Positions 63,953-64,000 of a DNA stretch of 64,000 nt are shown in pieces. Location of the stretch: the IMG/VR virus record IMGVR_UViG_3300035696_000009; one strand, given 5' to 3'. Under the pieces are notes generated by a model. The model did no database searches. It was not told the origin of the DNA and saw only the letters and a list, made by a program, of their open reading frames with translations. Position 1 is the stretch's first letter, and each line of letters opens with the position of its first letter. Source of the stretch: an uncultured virus (IMG/VR IMGVR_UViG_3300035696_000009). Lineage: Duplodnaviria; Heunggongvirae; Uroviricota; Caudoviricetes. The translations under genes were made by a program, and so were the position numbers.

Positions 63953-64000
63953 TAGGAAAGGTCCTTTAACAAGATGATCTCGAACCCATCGTGCTCTTCT

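Overview
This is a high-GC (about 70%), gene-dense, virus-like sequence with no integrase, tRNA, rRNA or CRISPR that I could recognise. It has three blocks. (1) A left minus-strand replication block (522-6022) carries a B-family DNA polymerase of the protein-primed or primer-independent type, a basic candidate terminal protein and a small papain-like peptidase. (2) A ~51 kb co-directional plus-strand block (6200-57444) looks morphogenetic. It holds seven tandem 'MxDYAxxP' paralogs, about 25 small Gly-rich membrane or low-complexity proteins, a 13 kb spike/fibre cassette, six proteins with peptidoglycan-binding domains, protamine-like microproteins, two paralogous beta-rich candidate capsid proteins next to a transglutaminase-like Cys-His-Asp enzyme, RadA/Sms, a dual-specificity phosphatase and a candidate muramidase. 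(3) A right minus-strand accessory block (57452-64000) has a frameshifted gene, a J-domain/PurA-like locus broken by an inversion plus deletion, and NitT/TauT-type ABC genes. I see no terminase, portal or tail-tube/sheath gene. My best interpretation, which is inference, is part of an unusually large tailless, membrane-containing bacterial virus. The lipoproteins suggest a myxobacterial-type host. The most striking unexplained signal is a recurring G-x-[YF]-[AVT]-G / hydrophobic-[VAT]-G motif that separates modules in many late proteins and is often followed by a Trp/Tyr-rich C-terminal tail. This suggests a shared proteolytic maturation or sorting code. A GAATAGGTGC element recurs upstream of the structural operons. 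All functional calls come from motif recognition by eye; no searches were run.
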